Source: Candidatus Latescibacterota bacterium | GTDB lineage: Bacteria; Latescibacterota; UBA2968; UBA8231 | Direction of reading: 5' to 3' | Assembly (NCBI GenBank): GCA_965242865.1 | Contig: CBDETK010000004.1 | Span: 1 to 28,433, forward strand | DNA: 28,433 bases | Shown: piece after piece, positions 8,701 through 16,877 of the stretch | Numbering within the stretch: the stretch's first letter is position 1 | How the letters are laid out: each line of letters begins with the position of its first letter | Translations under genes and position numbers: made by a program | Notes under the pieces: model-generated | What the model saw: only the letters and a program-made list of their open reading frames with translations | What the model was told of the DNA's origin: nothing | Database searches by the model: none

Positions 8701-11700
8701 GGTTGCGGTCCCTATATTTGTTTCACTTGATTGTCTTACTGGTAATGCTCGAAGTTGTGAAACATCCAGCAGTTTACCTTCACCGGCACGATTTACTGCA
8801 ACAGGTGCGACCACCCATCCATCGGCTGGTATCGTTTTTGAACTTAGAGTTTCAAACGCATTTACCCCCGACGTTAGTTTCAAGTCAACTGAATACACTT
8901 CAACCGTAACTTGTCCATCCCCATAAAAACTACTTAGGCTTAATTTACCAGAACTACTATTACGATAAAAGGAAAAAGTCTGATCCCCGCCGTTCAAGTT
9001 AATGGTCGCATTATAACTAAACGCATATTCATTGTCTTGAGGATTAGTAGGACGACGAGCCTGTAATAATATGTTGGAATTTGCTGGTATGGTAATATCA
9101 GTATTTAGAATACCATCATAAGGAACCGAAAGAGAAACTCCTCCAATACGAGTGATTGCACTTCCCCCGCTTGTAGCGGGCAACGCCAATGTATGAATAC
9201 GACAAGCCGTTCCACTTATAATTTTCCCCTCATTATTAACTGAAAAACTACCTTCTATTCGTTGCCGGAAAGAACTAATAGCATCTGTTCTAAACCCATT
9301 CGCTCGCACTTCTGCGGCCCTTGCCCAACGTTGCGAACCTTTCTTACGTGCTGTTGGAGCAAACTGAATCCATAACCACCCGGTGGACGGGATGGTAAAC
9401 GACGACATGCCACTGCCCGAATACGTCCCTAACTCAGTAAGGGTAAAGTCTGGCGGCACACTGGTAGTTGCCGCAATAGACAGACTAATCGTTTGACAGA
9501 TCGCCTCTTCGCCGCTCTTAGCGATCCACACAAACGAAGCAAACGTGCTGACACTGGGCGCGTTGGCATTCGCCGTGACCTGCCGGGTAGTCGTATTGAC
9601 ACTCAGATACGAAGGAACGCCGCTGGTCTCGTAGGTGATCGTGCCGCCGCCGGTCTTGATGGCTTGCGGCAACGTGGGCGTCGTGGGGTTAAGCGTTTGG
9701 GTGCTGGGCGTAACCCCTATCATCGTGTCGCCGCCCGACGCCCACGTAAGCGTTGCTTGCGCTTCGGCGCCCAGCATAGCAATCTCAACGGCTATGACTT
9801 GGCTAATGGTCTCGTTGCCGCTGGTCGCCTGCCAGATGAACGACGCCGGCCCCGTCGGCGCTACATCCGTGGCGGTGACAGCCCGTGTGTTTACATCGAC
9901 GCTAAGCCATGTAGGGACGTTCAACGCCGCATACACAATCGCCGCGCTATCGGCTTGCATCGCTTCGGGGAGCACGGGAGCCACCGGGTCTAAGACATTG
10001 CTTTCCTCCGTGGCCCCAATACTAAACGGCTCGGTATTGCTCCACGTTAGCTTAGACACGACACCCGCGGTATCGGCGGGCGTCGTCACCTCCACCGTGC
10101 TCGCCGGCACGGAGCCGGTCACGAGCGTCCCCGTGGGCAGCCACCACGCGGCCCTGATGCGTATCTTCGTCTCAGCGGGTAGGCTGTCCAGAAGGATGTC
10201 GTCGCCCACGTCAACGCTCTCGCGCCGCCCTAAGCGCGTATAGGTCTCGACCGCGCCGGGCAACGGTGCCGCGGTAAGCGTCCCCCACTCCAACGAGACC
10301 TGCGGAAAGACGGCGTTGGTTATGTTAACCGTCACGCGGTCATGCAACAGGTCCTTCGTGGTGATCGTGGGGGGTGCGGTCGCCTGCTCGGGCAACGGCG
10401 TCGTATCGATCTCGCCTAACGCCGTCGAGGCACCAAACAACGTATCGGGATCCTCGCGCAGATAGGCTTGAAGCGTAAGCTCTTTCGTTACATTCGTCCT
10501 GACCACCCTAAACCGCTCGGCCGCGATCCCTTGCTGTGGGTCGGTCAAGGTGACATAATCCCCGGGGCGCACCGTGAGAAGCGCCAGGTTATCGCGGGGG
10601 CGTAAGACGTACGTGCTGCCCCTAAAGAGGCGCAGGTGGCGCAGGGCCAGCGCGGTAAGGCGTTGCGCGGTGTGTGCATTAGACACCAACGAGACATCGG
10701 GCAGCCGCTTTTTTAGGCGCACGTTGCCATCATCGGTCAGCGCATCGCTATTCGTCAATTGGATGTCGTAGGGCTGATAGTTCGCTTGGGCGGCCTGCTC
10801 GATCTTACAGGCAACCACGTTGATACGCTCCTCCACCGGGGGAGCGACATAGAACGGATTGCTCTGAACAATATCATCCGCGCTGAGCACCCGTGCGCCC
10901 GACGTGTAGGCGCGCCCCGGCTCGTAATAGACCTTGTCGCCATGCTCGACGACCGCGCCCTGCCACGCAAAGTCTAACTCCTCCTCCACCGCCCGCGGGT
11001 CATCACTATACTGCACAATCCCCGACACCGGGTACTGGATCGTGCGCGGCACCAACGCCACCGTGACCGTGCCACCAATCTGCTGAATAATCTTTTGGTG
11101 ATCCGCCGCCGAGATCGTCCACGAGGCATAGCCCGTGTGCCAGGTGGGGTCGGTCTGCCCCGACAGGTCCGCCCGCCGCAACGTACTCGTCGGACGGCCC
11201 TCGCCGTCTATGTCATCGGGATGGAGCCAGACCACCCCGCCATTCGCCAGCGTTATTTTTACTGAAACGCTATGCGTCCGCAGCCAATTCCCGATAGGTT
11301 GGGTCAGCGTGACGGTATTCGCGGTCTGCGTAGCCGCCTCCACGTTGACCCGGGCGGTATGCACCGCCCCCGTAGCACTTATCTCTATGTTCGTCAGCAG
11401 ATGGCCCGACGCATAAGTGCGTTGCGCGTCCGTGCCCGTGGGTGAAAAAGTGCGCTCACTCCCCAACTGCGACACGGCGCAAGAAACCGACAGCACGTCC
11501 GCAAACTCGACCGACCGCGCGCATTCGGCTACTGCCGACGTGAACGCGGTGCTATCCAACGACGCATCCTCATCGCCAAACACGCGCTTGCGGTAGTCGT
11601 AGCGGACCACCGCCGCATTTTCGGAAAACGTGGGCGTCGTCTGTCCGGGCCAAGTCGTCTTCAGACCGCGCACGAGAAAACGGATGTTCGGTACAGAATC

Positions 11701-12315
11701 CTCGTTCTGCCAATAACGAATAGTGCGGAACGATTGACCCTGTAGGATGCGCTCCGCCCGTGCGCTGGTCAGCTTGACATGCACCCAGCTCCAATCTTGC
11801 AAGCGATGGCTGCGTGACCAGCCGCCCTTAGCCCACAGGCTGGCCCCCTGATTGCCATCCGCCAGAAAATACTCGCGCAACTCAATCCCGCCATTGAAGT
11901 CCAGTATATCCGTTTCACAGGTCAGCCTATCGCCGGTCTCGCCCGTGGGCGGGTCATGGCGGGTGAGCACCGCCGGGCGGTCGTTGATGTAAAGCCCTTC
12001 AATCGCCTCCATCGCGCCGCGACCCAGCACGTAGGCCAAATGCAAGTCCACCGGGCTTTCTGGGTCTTGCCACGCAAAGACCAAGTGACCGGGAACGTTT
12101 GCCCGCCCATAGACCAAGCGCGGCGTCAATGGGCCACTACTAGGTAACTGTAATTCGCGCTGTACGCGCTCGTCGTGCGCGGGGTTGCGGTTCAGCAGAT
12201 AGCCTACCGCACCCAAGCCCAACGCCGCGGTGACGCCCCAGGGACCGGAAAGCTGCCACGCCGCCAGTTCACCTCCGACGCTCGTAGCCAGTTTGAGAAA
12301 ATTTCTATCGGCCAT
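5737..12315 (-). CDS. Tail tip / host-specificity (lambda J-like) protein with Ig-like and repeated fibre domains, 2192 aa
   Basis: N-terminal 'PRLVYGRANVPG...LGRGAMEAIEGLYIND', 'PNIRFLVRG', 'FSENAAVVRYDY' and 'VRPGDYVTLTD' motifs are typical of siphophage tail-tip proteins. Lies downstream of the tape measure and distal tail genes. Confidence 0.88.
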   Translation of the reverse strand: MADRNFLKLATSVGGELAAWQLSGPWGVTAALGLGAVGYLLNRNPAHDERVQRELQLPSSGPLTPRLVYGRANVPGHLVFAWQDPESPVDLHLAYVLGRGAMEAIEGLYINDRPAVLTRHDPPTGETGDRLTCETDILDFNGGIELREYFLADGNQGASLWAKGGWSRSHRLQDWSWVHVKLTSARAERILQGQSFRTIRYWQNEDSVPNIRFLVRGLKTTWPGQTTPTFSENAAVVRYDYRKRVFGDEDASLDSTAFTSAVAECARSVEFADVLSVSCAVSQLGSERTFSPTGTDAQRTYASGHLLTNIEISATGAVHTARVNVEAATQTANTVTLTQPIGNWLRTHSVSVKITLANGGVVWLHPDDIDGEGRPTSTLRRADLSGQTDPTWHTGYASWTISAADHQKIIQQIGGTVTVALVPRTIQYPVSGIVQYSDDPRAVEEELDFAWQGAVVEHGDKVYYEPGRAYTSGARVLSADDIVQSNPFYVAPPVEERINVVACKIEQAAQANYQPYDIQLTNSDALTDDGNVRLKKRLPDVSLVSNAHTAQRLTALALRHLRLFRGSTYVLRPRDNLALLTVRPGDYVTLTDPQQGIAAERFRVVRTNVTKELTLQAYLREDPDTLFGASTALGEIDTTPLPEQATAPPTITTKDLLHDRVTVNITNAVFPQVSLEWGTLTAAPLPGAVETYTRLGRRESVDVGDDILLDSLPAETKIRIRAAWWLPTGTLVTGSVPASTVEVTTPADTAGVVSKLTWSNTEPFSIGATEESNVLDPVAPVLPEAMQADSAAIVYAALNVPTWLSVDVNTRAVTATDVAPTGPASFIWQATSGNETISQVIAVEIAMLGAEAQATLTWASGGDTMIGVTPSTQTLNPTTPTLPQAIKTGGGTITYETSGVPSYLSVNTTTRQVTANANAPSVSTFASFVWIAKSGEEAICQTISLSIAATTSVPPDFTLTELGTYSGSGMSSFTIPSTGWLWIQFAPTARKKGSQRWARAAEVRANGFRTDAISSFRQRIEGSFSVNNEGKIISGTACRIHTLALPATSGGSAITRIGGVSLSVPYDGILNTDITIPANSNILLQARRPTNPQDNEYAFSYNATINLNGGDQTFSFYRNSSSGKLSLSSFYGDGQVTVEVYSVDLKLTSGVNAFETLSSKTIPADGWVVAPVAVNRAGEGKLLDVSQLRALPVRQSSETNIGTATDSVGWYGRDSSYNLLNFLLSGHIITDNLIRLTTSPVIITGTVPAAELTFQAGGTRRIDIVEGSRVLDPVTPTLPQASSTTSGASIVYTAVDVPSWLSVDLTTRIVTAIADAPEGPESFVWIATSGDEAICLPIYVAIDDVTVAPAATLTWATAGARRFRAEAGRPVTAPLSPVLPVAVSTVDMAAIAYSTMELPTWLDVDLMTGAVTINAPAPSTEQVVSFTWIATSGNESISLPIEVDVTTGGGDVRYDSSSETSLEYWSGTAWQNVPVRDPRAGDIRYARTSPSKLERYTAMAEWEDVAVTELPVAANDVRYDNTSPSNLEYYDGDSWEDVAVPAVETFDLHDDVSTVAAALADEDRMLISDESESGDPNRYVTLASLKPFFAFDLHDDVTTQLTTLNNSDRMLISDESVSGDPNRYVTLATLKTFVADPFDLHDDVSTVAAALADEDRMLISDESESGDPNRYVTLASLKTFFTAGLSSGGGNFDLHDDVTTVIQALHNDDRMLISDESLVGDPNRYVALGALKLFFSFDLHDDVTTQLTTLHNDDRMVVSDESASRDPNRYVTLSTLKTFITAGLKNFDLHDDVTTVIPSLHNDDRMLVSDEGASGDPNRYVTLSTLKTFFTAGLSSGGGSFDLHDDVTTAISSLHAEDRMLISDESVSGDPNRYVAVGSLASYLLFRTQGNAFYSSRSRRLQYVNNTGQWANVPGFHLNIDVPTQLVGSGLDPLDKFVVADVSAANQPNRFITLQALDNRYAFDLHDDVTTQLTTLHNDDRMVVSDESASGDPTRYVTLATLKAFIGTGSTPTADPFDLHDDVTTELTTLHDDDRMVVSDESTSGDPNRFVKLSTLKTFVQPSTAAANNLTWAYELPNASGIPAQTFYPIKKGTRNFVVFNEGTRGTQRQTANADFSYASTVAGRTITYTLRFAYTTGCPVQIARSVTLARNVFQLSANAQSTADLYPRPAVLIASDGTETIYMPLTFQVVD
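6135..7680 (-). repeat. Intragenic ~43-aa repeats FDLHDDV...DRM..SDES.SGDPNRYV.L..LK (9 copies + 1 degenerate)
   Basis: Counted directly in the translation; near-identical DNA blocks are visible. Confidence 0.92.
7980..10050 (-). repeat. Four ~100-aa Ig-like repeats in two pairs flanking an AT-rich insert
   Basis: LT[WF]...P.LP.A...I.Y....P.[WY]L.V...T..VT....AP....F.W.A.SG.E.I repeated at ~9480-10050 (x2) and ~7980-8565 (x2). Confidence 0.8.
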
Positions 12316-12336
12316 TTCTGTTTTTTTCTCTAAAAC

Positions 12337-12349
12337 CTTCGTATATTAG
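12337..12349 (+). promoter_or_regulatory. Putative promoter of the mini-array (CTTCGTATATTAG)
   Basis: TATATT -10-like hexamer in a motif shared with 18205-18217 and 18346-18358; about 17 nt upstream of the first repeat. Confidence 0.65.
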
Positions 12350-12364
12350 GGTAGAGCAAGCCCA

Positions 12365-12539
12365 GTTCTTCCGCGGGCTAAGGCGGAAGTGGATTGAAAC
12401 TGAGGTTACGGAGCCGTCGCTGGCGGTGGCTATCGGTCTCCCCTTGCTTTGGTGAGGGGAGTGGATTGAAACATCATACGATACAGCCCCTCGGGCGCTT
12501 GATCCGGTCTCCCCTTGCTTTGGTGAGGGGAGTGGATTG
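12365..12539 (+). CRISPR. Phage-borne CRISPR mini-array: 3 repeats, 2 spacers, no cas genes in window
   Basis: R1 12365-12400 (GTTCTTCCGCGGGCTAAGGCGGAAGTGGATTGAAAC); spacer 35 nt; R2 12436-12472 (GTCTCCCCTTGCTTTGGTGAGGGGAGTGGATTGAAAC); spacer 34 nt; R3 12507-12539 is identical to the first 33 nt of R2. Confidence 0.9.
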
Positions 12540-12540
12540 C

Positions 12541-12576
12541 CGCCCGTCAACGCTTTTGGTTGGCGGGCGTTTTTTT
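12541..12576 (+). terminator. Rho-independent terminator closing the mini-array
   Basis: CGCCCGTCAAC/GTTGGCGGGCG stem (one G-U pair) followed by a T7 tract. Confidence 0.85.
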
Positions 12577-13075
12577 ATGCCCGCGCCAGCGGCCAGTCAA
12601 ATCGTTTTTCGCTCACCTCGTACATAAAATCCAATCCAATATCGGGGTCGCCCCCGCGCTCCTGCTCGCGCTGCCGCTCCGGTGTCCACACCGCATCCGG
12701 TTCCAACAAATTAAACTTGCGCTTGGAGACTTCCAACAACCACTCGCCGGCCTTATCGACGGTGCTCTGTCCCGCCGTCCCCGTGAAGCGATAGCCGGTG
12801 TCAGCCCATGCGCCGCCATCCGTCCGCGAAAGCAGATAAACCGACACGGTAGCCGGCCCCAAGTCTTCCGGTAGGGTCTGCCGTTGGGCGTCCGAGAGGG
12901 CGATAGCCACCGCCAAGGACGGCTCCGTACCCGCCTCCAGCGTGTGCTGCGGGAAACGGACGTCGAGCAGCCGGCCCCCCCCGCGATACACCTCGCTCTC
13001 AAACGTAATGTTTTGGGGGAACGTCGCCAAGCGTAGGGATGTTCCGATCTTCAAGAGAATAGCCGCGAATTGCAT
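12575..13075 (-). CDS. Minor tail / baseplate hub-like protein (166 aa)
   Basis: Lies between the distal tail and tail-tip genes. 'ITFESEVYRGGG' and C-terminal 'WT.E.Q......D.GLDF......F.W' pattern resembles siphophage hub N-terminal proteins. Confidence 0.7.
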   Translation of the reverse strand: MQFAAILLKIGTSLRLATFPQNITFESEVYRGGGRLLDVRFPQHTLEAGTEPSLAVAIALSDAQRQTLPEDLGPATVSVYLLSRTDGGAWADTGYRFTGTAGQSTVDKAGEWLLEVSKRKFNLLEPDAVWTPERQREQERGGDPDIGLDFMYEVSEKRFDWPLARA

Positions 13076-13077
13076 GA

Positions 13078-13668
13078 TCAGACCGCCTCCTCAAAGGGGA
13101 TGACCCATGGCCCCCACCGGGTCGCGGTGCGCGGTAGGTCTAACGCCCTCGTATCCAAGCGCACGTCCATGGTCGTCGCCGGGGTGATCCCATCGCCCAC
13201 TTTTCCGACAAACACCGGCACCGGGTTCACTTGCGTCGCCGCGGGTTGCGCCCCAGATGCTTGTAACAAGCGGTCGCCCGCCGAGAAGAACTGGCCGTCT
13301 GCCAACGCAACAGCACGGGAGAGGGTTAGACGCCCGCTCTGAGCATCTATCGCACTAATGGTGACAGACGGCACAGGGTTTTCAATCGTCCACAGACCCG
13401 CCAACGGAAGCTCCACCGTCAGGTCACCGCCCCGCGTCTTACGCAGTAGCGCCGACAACTGGCTGGCCAACTGGTTCGCCTCCGATTCCTGCTGATGGGC
13501 AAAGCTCATCCATGTCACCTCGCCCCGCCACGCCCCCGGCGCATAGTAGGCAAAAGACTGTTGACCCGTGTATTCAGAGCGATGCGATTGCAGGCCGGGT
13601 TCCCACGGCAACAACGACACCGCCGTGATGCGGTTCGCCAACGCTTCGGGGATTTGTATATCGGCCAT
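13078..13668 (-). CDS. Distal tail protein-like (196 aa)
   Basis: Directly after the tape measure gene. 'SEYTGQQ......GAWRGEVT' and C-terminal 'IPFEEAV' pattern. Confidence 0.7.
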   Translation of the reverse strand: MADIQIPEALANRITAVSLLPWEPGLQSHRSEYTGQQSFAYYAPGAWRGEVTWMSFAHQQESEANQLASQLSALLRKTRGGDLTVELPLAGLWTIENPVPSVTISAIDAQSGRLTLSRAVALADGQFFSAGDRLLQASGAQPAATQVNPVPVFVGKVGDGITPATTMDVRLDTRALDLPRTATRWGPWVIPFEEAV

Positions 13669-16145
13669 TAGCGCCTCGTGTCGCGGGCTAACGAATCAGA
13701 AATATCGATCATGTTCGGCAATATCTTTTGGTTAAACTCACGTATCAACCCCTCCCCATCCCCGAAGCCTTCTATATGGAACGTGGGTTGGAAGTTTATT
13801 GTGGGCTTCCCTGCCGCCGCTTCCCGTATAAGCTCTTCGGCCAAGCCCGGCTGCACCGACCCGATCCCCGTTGTGGGCGCACCTAATGCCGGCAGACCGC
13901 GCAACTGATTAAGGAGATCGAGGGAACGATCCGCCGCCGACGTCTCAAAGAGGAACGGCGTCGTCCGCGGGTTGAAGATACGCGCCATCAGCGGCTCAAT
14001 AATCTTTAGGCGGATGACCAACAACGCCATCTGGCGAAGCATCTGGCGCATCGCCTCCACCACCGAACCCGGCCCTATGATAGCACTGGCTATCCCCTCA
14101 AACGCCCCCGTAAGGGTGCTACGCACCCGGGCACCCGCCTCGGTCATACGCGCTAACTGTTCATTCGTCGCTTGCAGTGGGCCAGTCAAAAGCCCTAAGC
14201 GCAAGAGCGGGGCAATGTCGGGTCCGGTGAACGCCTCCGCACTCACCCGCTGGCTCAGGCGCACCGCCCGCGCCATGAGGCGCGTACTCTTATCCACCTC
14301 CTCGCCCGTCTTACCAATCGTACCCGATAACAAGCCCCAGGCCCGACGCAGATCCTCCAGCGTCGCCTGCCACGTCAGACTCAACACATTATTGACGCGC
14401 TCGGACTCGGCTTCGGTCACCCCAAAATAGTCCAGCGTCAGGTCGCGGGTGCTTCGAAAAAATTGGGCGATCTGAGCCACATTCGCTTCCGCCTGTTTGC
14501 CGGTAACTCGTAATCCCGTTTCTAATTGCCCGGTAAACTCGTCAATCACCGTACTCAAACTCTCCCCGCGCAACCCCGCCGCAATCGCATCCACCAACGC
14601 GTTCCCCAACGAGTAGAACGAGCCGACAATAAGCGTCACCGCCGCATGGATGCTGTTGACTATGAAACTGGGTATCGTAGCAATAGCCGCCACCACATTA
14701 GCCACAAACCGAAGACCCAAGTTACGACCCAGTTCGCCCCACGTGACGTTTTGCTCCCGCAAGATACGCGACAGATTGAGGAACGCATCGATCAAAAGAA
14801 TGACACCCTCAATAATAGCACCCACGAGCAGAGCACGAAAAGCAGCTTTTGCGGCGATACGCACCAGACCTAACGCCCGCGTCAAGAGGGACAACTGACG
14901 ACGCATGGCGACCAAGCCGCGACGCACCCGCAACACCGCCGCCGCACCAAACGCCAACAGCAACGCACGGCCCGTCGCCGTGATCACACCCCGGAAGCGA
15001 TCCAGATTGTCCGTCAATTGGTTGAAGAAGCCCGCAATGGACGAAAGGAAGTTGGTGAGCTCGGTGGTGACGCCGAACATCCTATCGACCGCCTGTACAA
15101 AGCCAAAGGCGGCCGACGCGGCTAAGCGCAGTTGCCCTATAAGCGTAGCATTGAGTAGGTCCGCCATCCGTTGGGCGGCCCCCGTGCCACCACGAATAGC
15201 CGTCGTCAAATCCTCCACCGAACGGACGTTGCGAATGAGTATCTCGGCAACGGATGCGTTTTCTCTCCCAAAGATATTGAAGATTTCGGCGGAATCGATC
15301 CCCGACCGCCGCAGGTTCTCCAACACGGGTATCAAGCCCAACGACGCAACACTCACGTCATCCAACGAGAGGCCCACCGACGCGAGCGACTGCGCCGCCG
15401 CGCCCGACGGGGCCGCCAGCGACGCCAAGAACCCGCGGAACCCGCGACCGGCGCGGGTGGCGAAAATACCGGCGTTACCTAAAGCACCAATCGCCGCCTC
15501 CGTGGTTTCAACATCGATACCAAATTGCCGAGCGATTGGCCCCACGTAGCTAAGGGCTTGAGTAAGTTCCTCAAAGTTGGTGTTGGCGCTATTCGTGGTT
15601 GTTACGAGTGTGTCCGTTATGCGCTCGGCATCGGCCACCGACAGACCAAACTGATTGATTATGTTGGTGAGTTGATTGCCTACCTCGGCGGTGGTTGCGC
15701 CGCTGGCTGCCGCAAGGTTCAATGTAGCCGGGAGGAGTGAAAATTGCTCGTTGACCGTGTTGCCCGCCCGGGCCAACTCAACCATCGCTTGGGCGGCCTC
15801 TGCAGCCGAAAAACGGGTATTTCTTCCTAAATCACGGGCCAGTTGGTCCAAACGCTGAAAGTCATTGCCGGTGGCATTCGTAATGCCCCGGACTAACGCC
15901 ATACTCTGCTCGTACTCAGCCAGTTGGCGGATGACGCCGCCCAAGCTGGAGGCCGCGCCGAAGGCAGCTAACGCCGCCGCCGCCCGCCGCGCCACCGAGT
16001 TGAAGCCCGAGAGTTCATTCCGTAGGGAACGCACTCTGCGCTGGTGACGGCGTAAGGCCACTTCGGCCGCACGGGTGCTGCGTAACAACTCTCTGGTTCT
16101 ACCAGAGAAGTTGACGAACAAAGTACCGAGCCTCACGCTTGCCAT
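13668..16145 (-). CDS. Tail tape measure protein (TP901-family core)
   Basis: 'YEQSMALVRGITNAT...ARDLGRNTRFSAAEAAQAMVELARAG...LNLAAASG...ANTNFEELTQALSYVGP' is the characteristic core. Probable start is ATG 16145. Confidence 0.95.
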   Translation of the reverse strand: MASVRLGTLFVNFSGRTRELLRSTRAAEVALRRHQRRVRSLRNELSGFNSVARRAAAALAAFGAASSLGGVIRQLAEYEQSMALVRGITNATGNDFQRLDQLARDLGRNTRFSAAEAAQAMVELARAGNTVNEQFSLLPATLNLAAASGATTAEVGNQLTNIINQFGLSVADAERITDTLVTTTNSANTNFEELTQALSYVGPIARQFGIDVETTEAAIGALGNAGIFATRAGRGFRGFLASLAAPSGAAAQSLASVGLSLDDVSVASLGLIPVLENLRRSGIDSAEIFNIFGRENASVAEILIRNVRSVEDLTTAIRGGTGAAQRMADLLNATLIGQLRLAASAAFGFVQAVDRMFGVTTELTNFLSSIAGFFNQLTDNLDRFRGVITATGRALLLAFGAAAVLRVRRGLVAMRRQLSLLTRALGLVRIAAKAAFRALLVGAIIEGVILLIDAFLNLSRILREQNVTWGELGRNLGLRFVANVVAAIATIPSFIVNSIHAAVTLIVGSFYSLGNALVDAIAAGLRGESLSTVIDEFTGQLETGLRVTGKQAEANVAQIAQFFRSTRDLTLDYFGVTEAESERVNNVLSLTWQATLEDLRRAWGLLSGTIGKTGEEVDKSTRLMARAVRLSQRVSAEAFTGPDIAPLLRLGLLTGPLQATNEQLARMTEAGARVRSTLTGAFEGIASAIIGPGSVVEAMRQMLRQMALLVIRLKIIEPLMARIFNPRTTPFLFETSAADRSLDLLNQLRGLPALGAPTTGIGSVQPGLAEELIREAAAGKPTINFQPTFHIEGFGDGEGLIREFNQKILPNMIDISDSLARDTRR

Positions 16146-16173
16146 TTGACACTCCCCCAAAAAGGGCTATACT
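16146..16173 (+). promoter_or_regulatory. Sigma70-like promoter for HNH cassette 1
   Basis: TTGACA (16146-16151), 16-bp spacer, TATACT (16168-16173). Confidence 0.7.
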
Positions 16174-16179
16174 TTAGTT

Positions 16180-16283
16180 GCCGCTTCTTGCGGCTCCTTT
16201 TATTGCGTCGCGGGGTTGGGTTCGCTACCCGCCCCGCATCTACTTCGCAATAAAAGGCTCACACGCAATAAAAGGAAAATCCC
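16180..16283 (+). promoter_or_regulatory. Structured 5' leader of HNH gene 1
   Basis: 5' hairpin, anti-SD segment TCCTTTTATTGCGT, TCGCT-loop hairpin + ATCTA, two copies of CGCAATAAAAGG; same architecture as 18363-18467. Confidence 0.7.
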
Positions 16284-16877
16284 GTGATTAAGCAATGTAC
16301 CGAATGTCCAACCACGTTTGATACGAAAGAGCGTGGTCCAAGTGCAAAAACTTGCTCGCCAGAGTGTGCAAAAGCGGCTCAGCGAAAGGCGGATCGAAAG
16401 TATAAACAATCGCCCAAAGGGATCGCGACGCGGCGAAAGTATCAGCGAGAGTATTATCAATCGCCCCAAGGGATCGCGACGCGGCGAAAGCATAACCAAT
16501 CGGAAAAACGCAAAGCGTATATGCAAAAGTATCAACAATCGGAAAAATACAAAGCGTATGAACAATCGGAAAAACGCAAAGCGTCGAAACGAAAGGCTTT
16601 TGCTAAACACTACCACCTGCTCGGCGGGCATGGGTATCGCCGGGCTTTACCCGAACTCATTGTTGAGCAAAACGGCATCTGCAACATCTGCAAAGACCCG
16701 TTGCCCGAAGATCATTCAGAGATAGACGTTGACCACGTTCAGCCCGCATCCAAAGGCGGTTCTAACGACATCAACAACTTGGCAGCTACCTGTAAGACGT
16801 GTAACCGAAAAAAGAAAGACAAGTGGGACGGCACGAAGAAGGGCGAGAAGCCGGCACAAATGGGATTATTCGAGTAG
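16284..16877 (+). CDS. HNH endonuclease 1 (antisense insertion in the tail operon)
   Basis: CNIC...DVDHVQPASKGGSNDINNLAATCKTCNRKK HNH/zinc motif; N-terminal CxxC...CxxxC. Confidence 0.93.
   Translation: MIKQCTECPTTFDTKERGPSAKTCSPECAKAAQRKADRKYKQSPKGIATRRKYQREYYQSPQGIATRRKHNQSEKRKAYMQKYQQSEKYKAYEQSEKRKASKRKAFAKHYHLLGGHGYRRALPELIVEQNGICNICKDPLPEDHSEIDVDHVQPASKGGSNDINNLAATCKTCNRKKKDKWDGTKKGEKPAQMGLFE

Noticed and set aside
5737-12315. Diversity-generating retroelement (TR/VR pair) behind the tail repeats
   Set aside because: No reverse transcriptase in the window; the repeats are in-frame coding units without adenine-specific differences.
12473-12506. Weak similarity of spacer 2 to ~17103-17123 (- strand)
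   Set aside because: About 15/21 identity and no protein-level agreement in the coding frame; consistent with chance.
12305-12874. Small ORFs across the mini-array
   Set aside because: They translate through repeats and the terminator; the non-coding explanation is stronger.
16210-16242. tRNA or attachment-site remnant suggested by GGGTTCG
   Set aside because: No cloverleaf, anticodon arm or CCA; the paralogous leader has GGGGGTCG, so it is better explained as the HNH leader hairpin.
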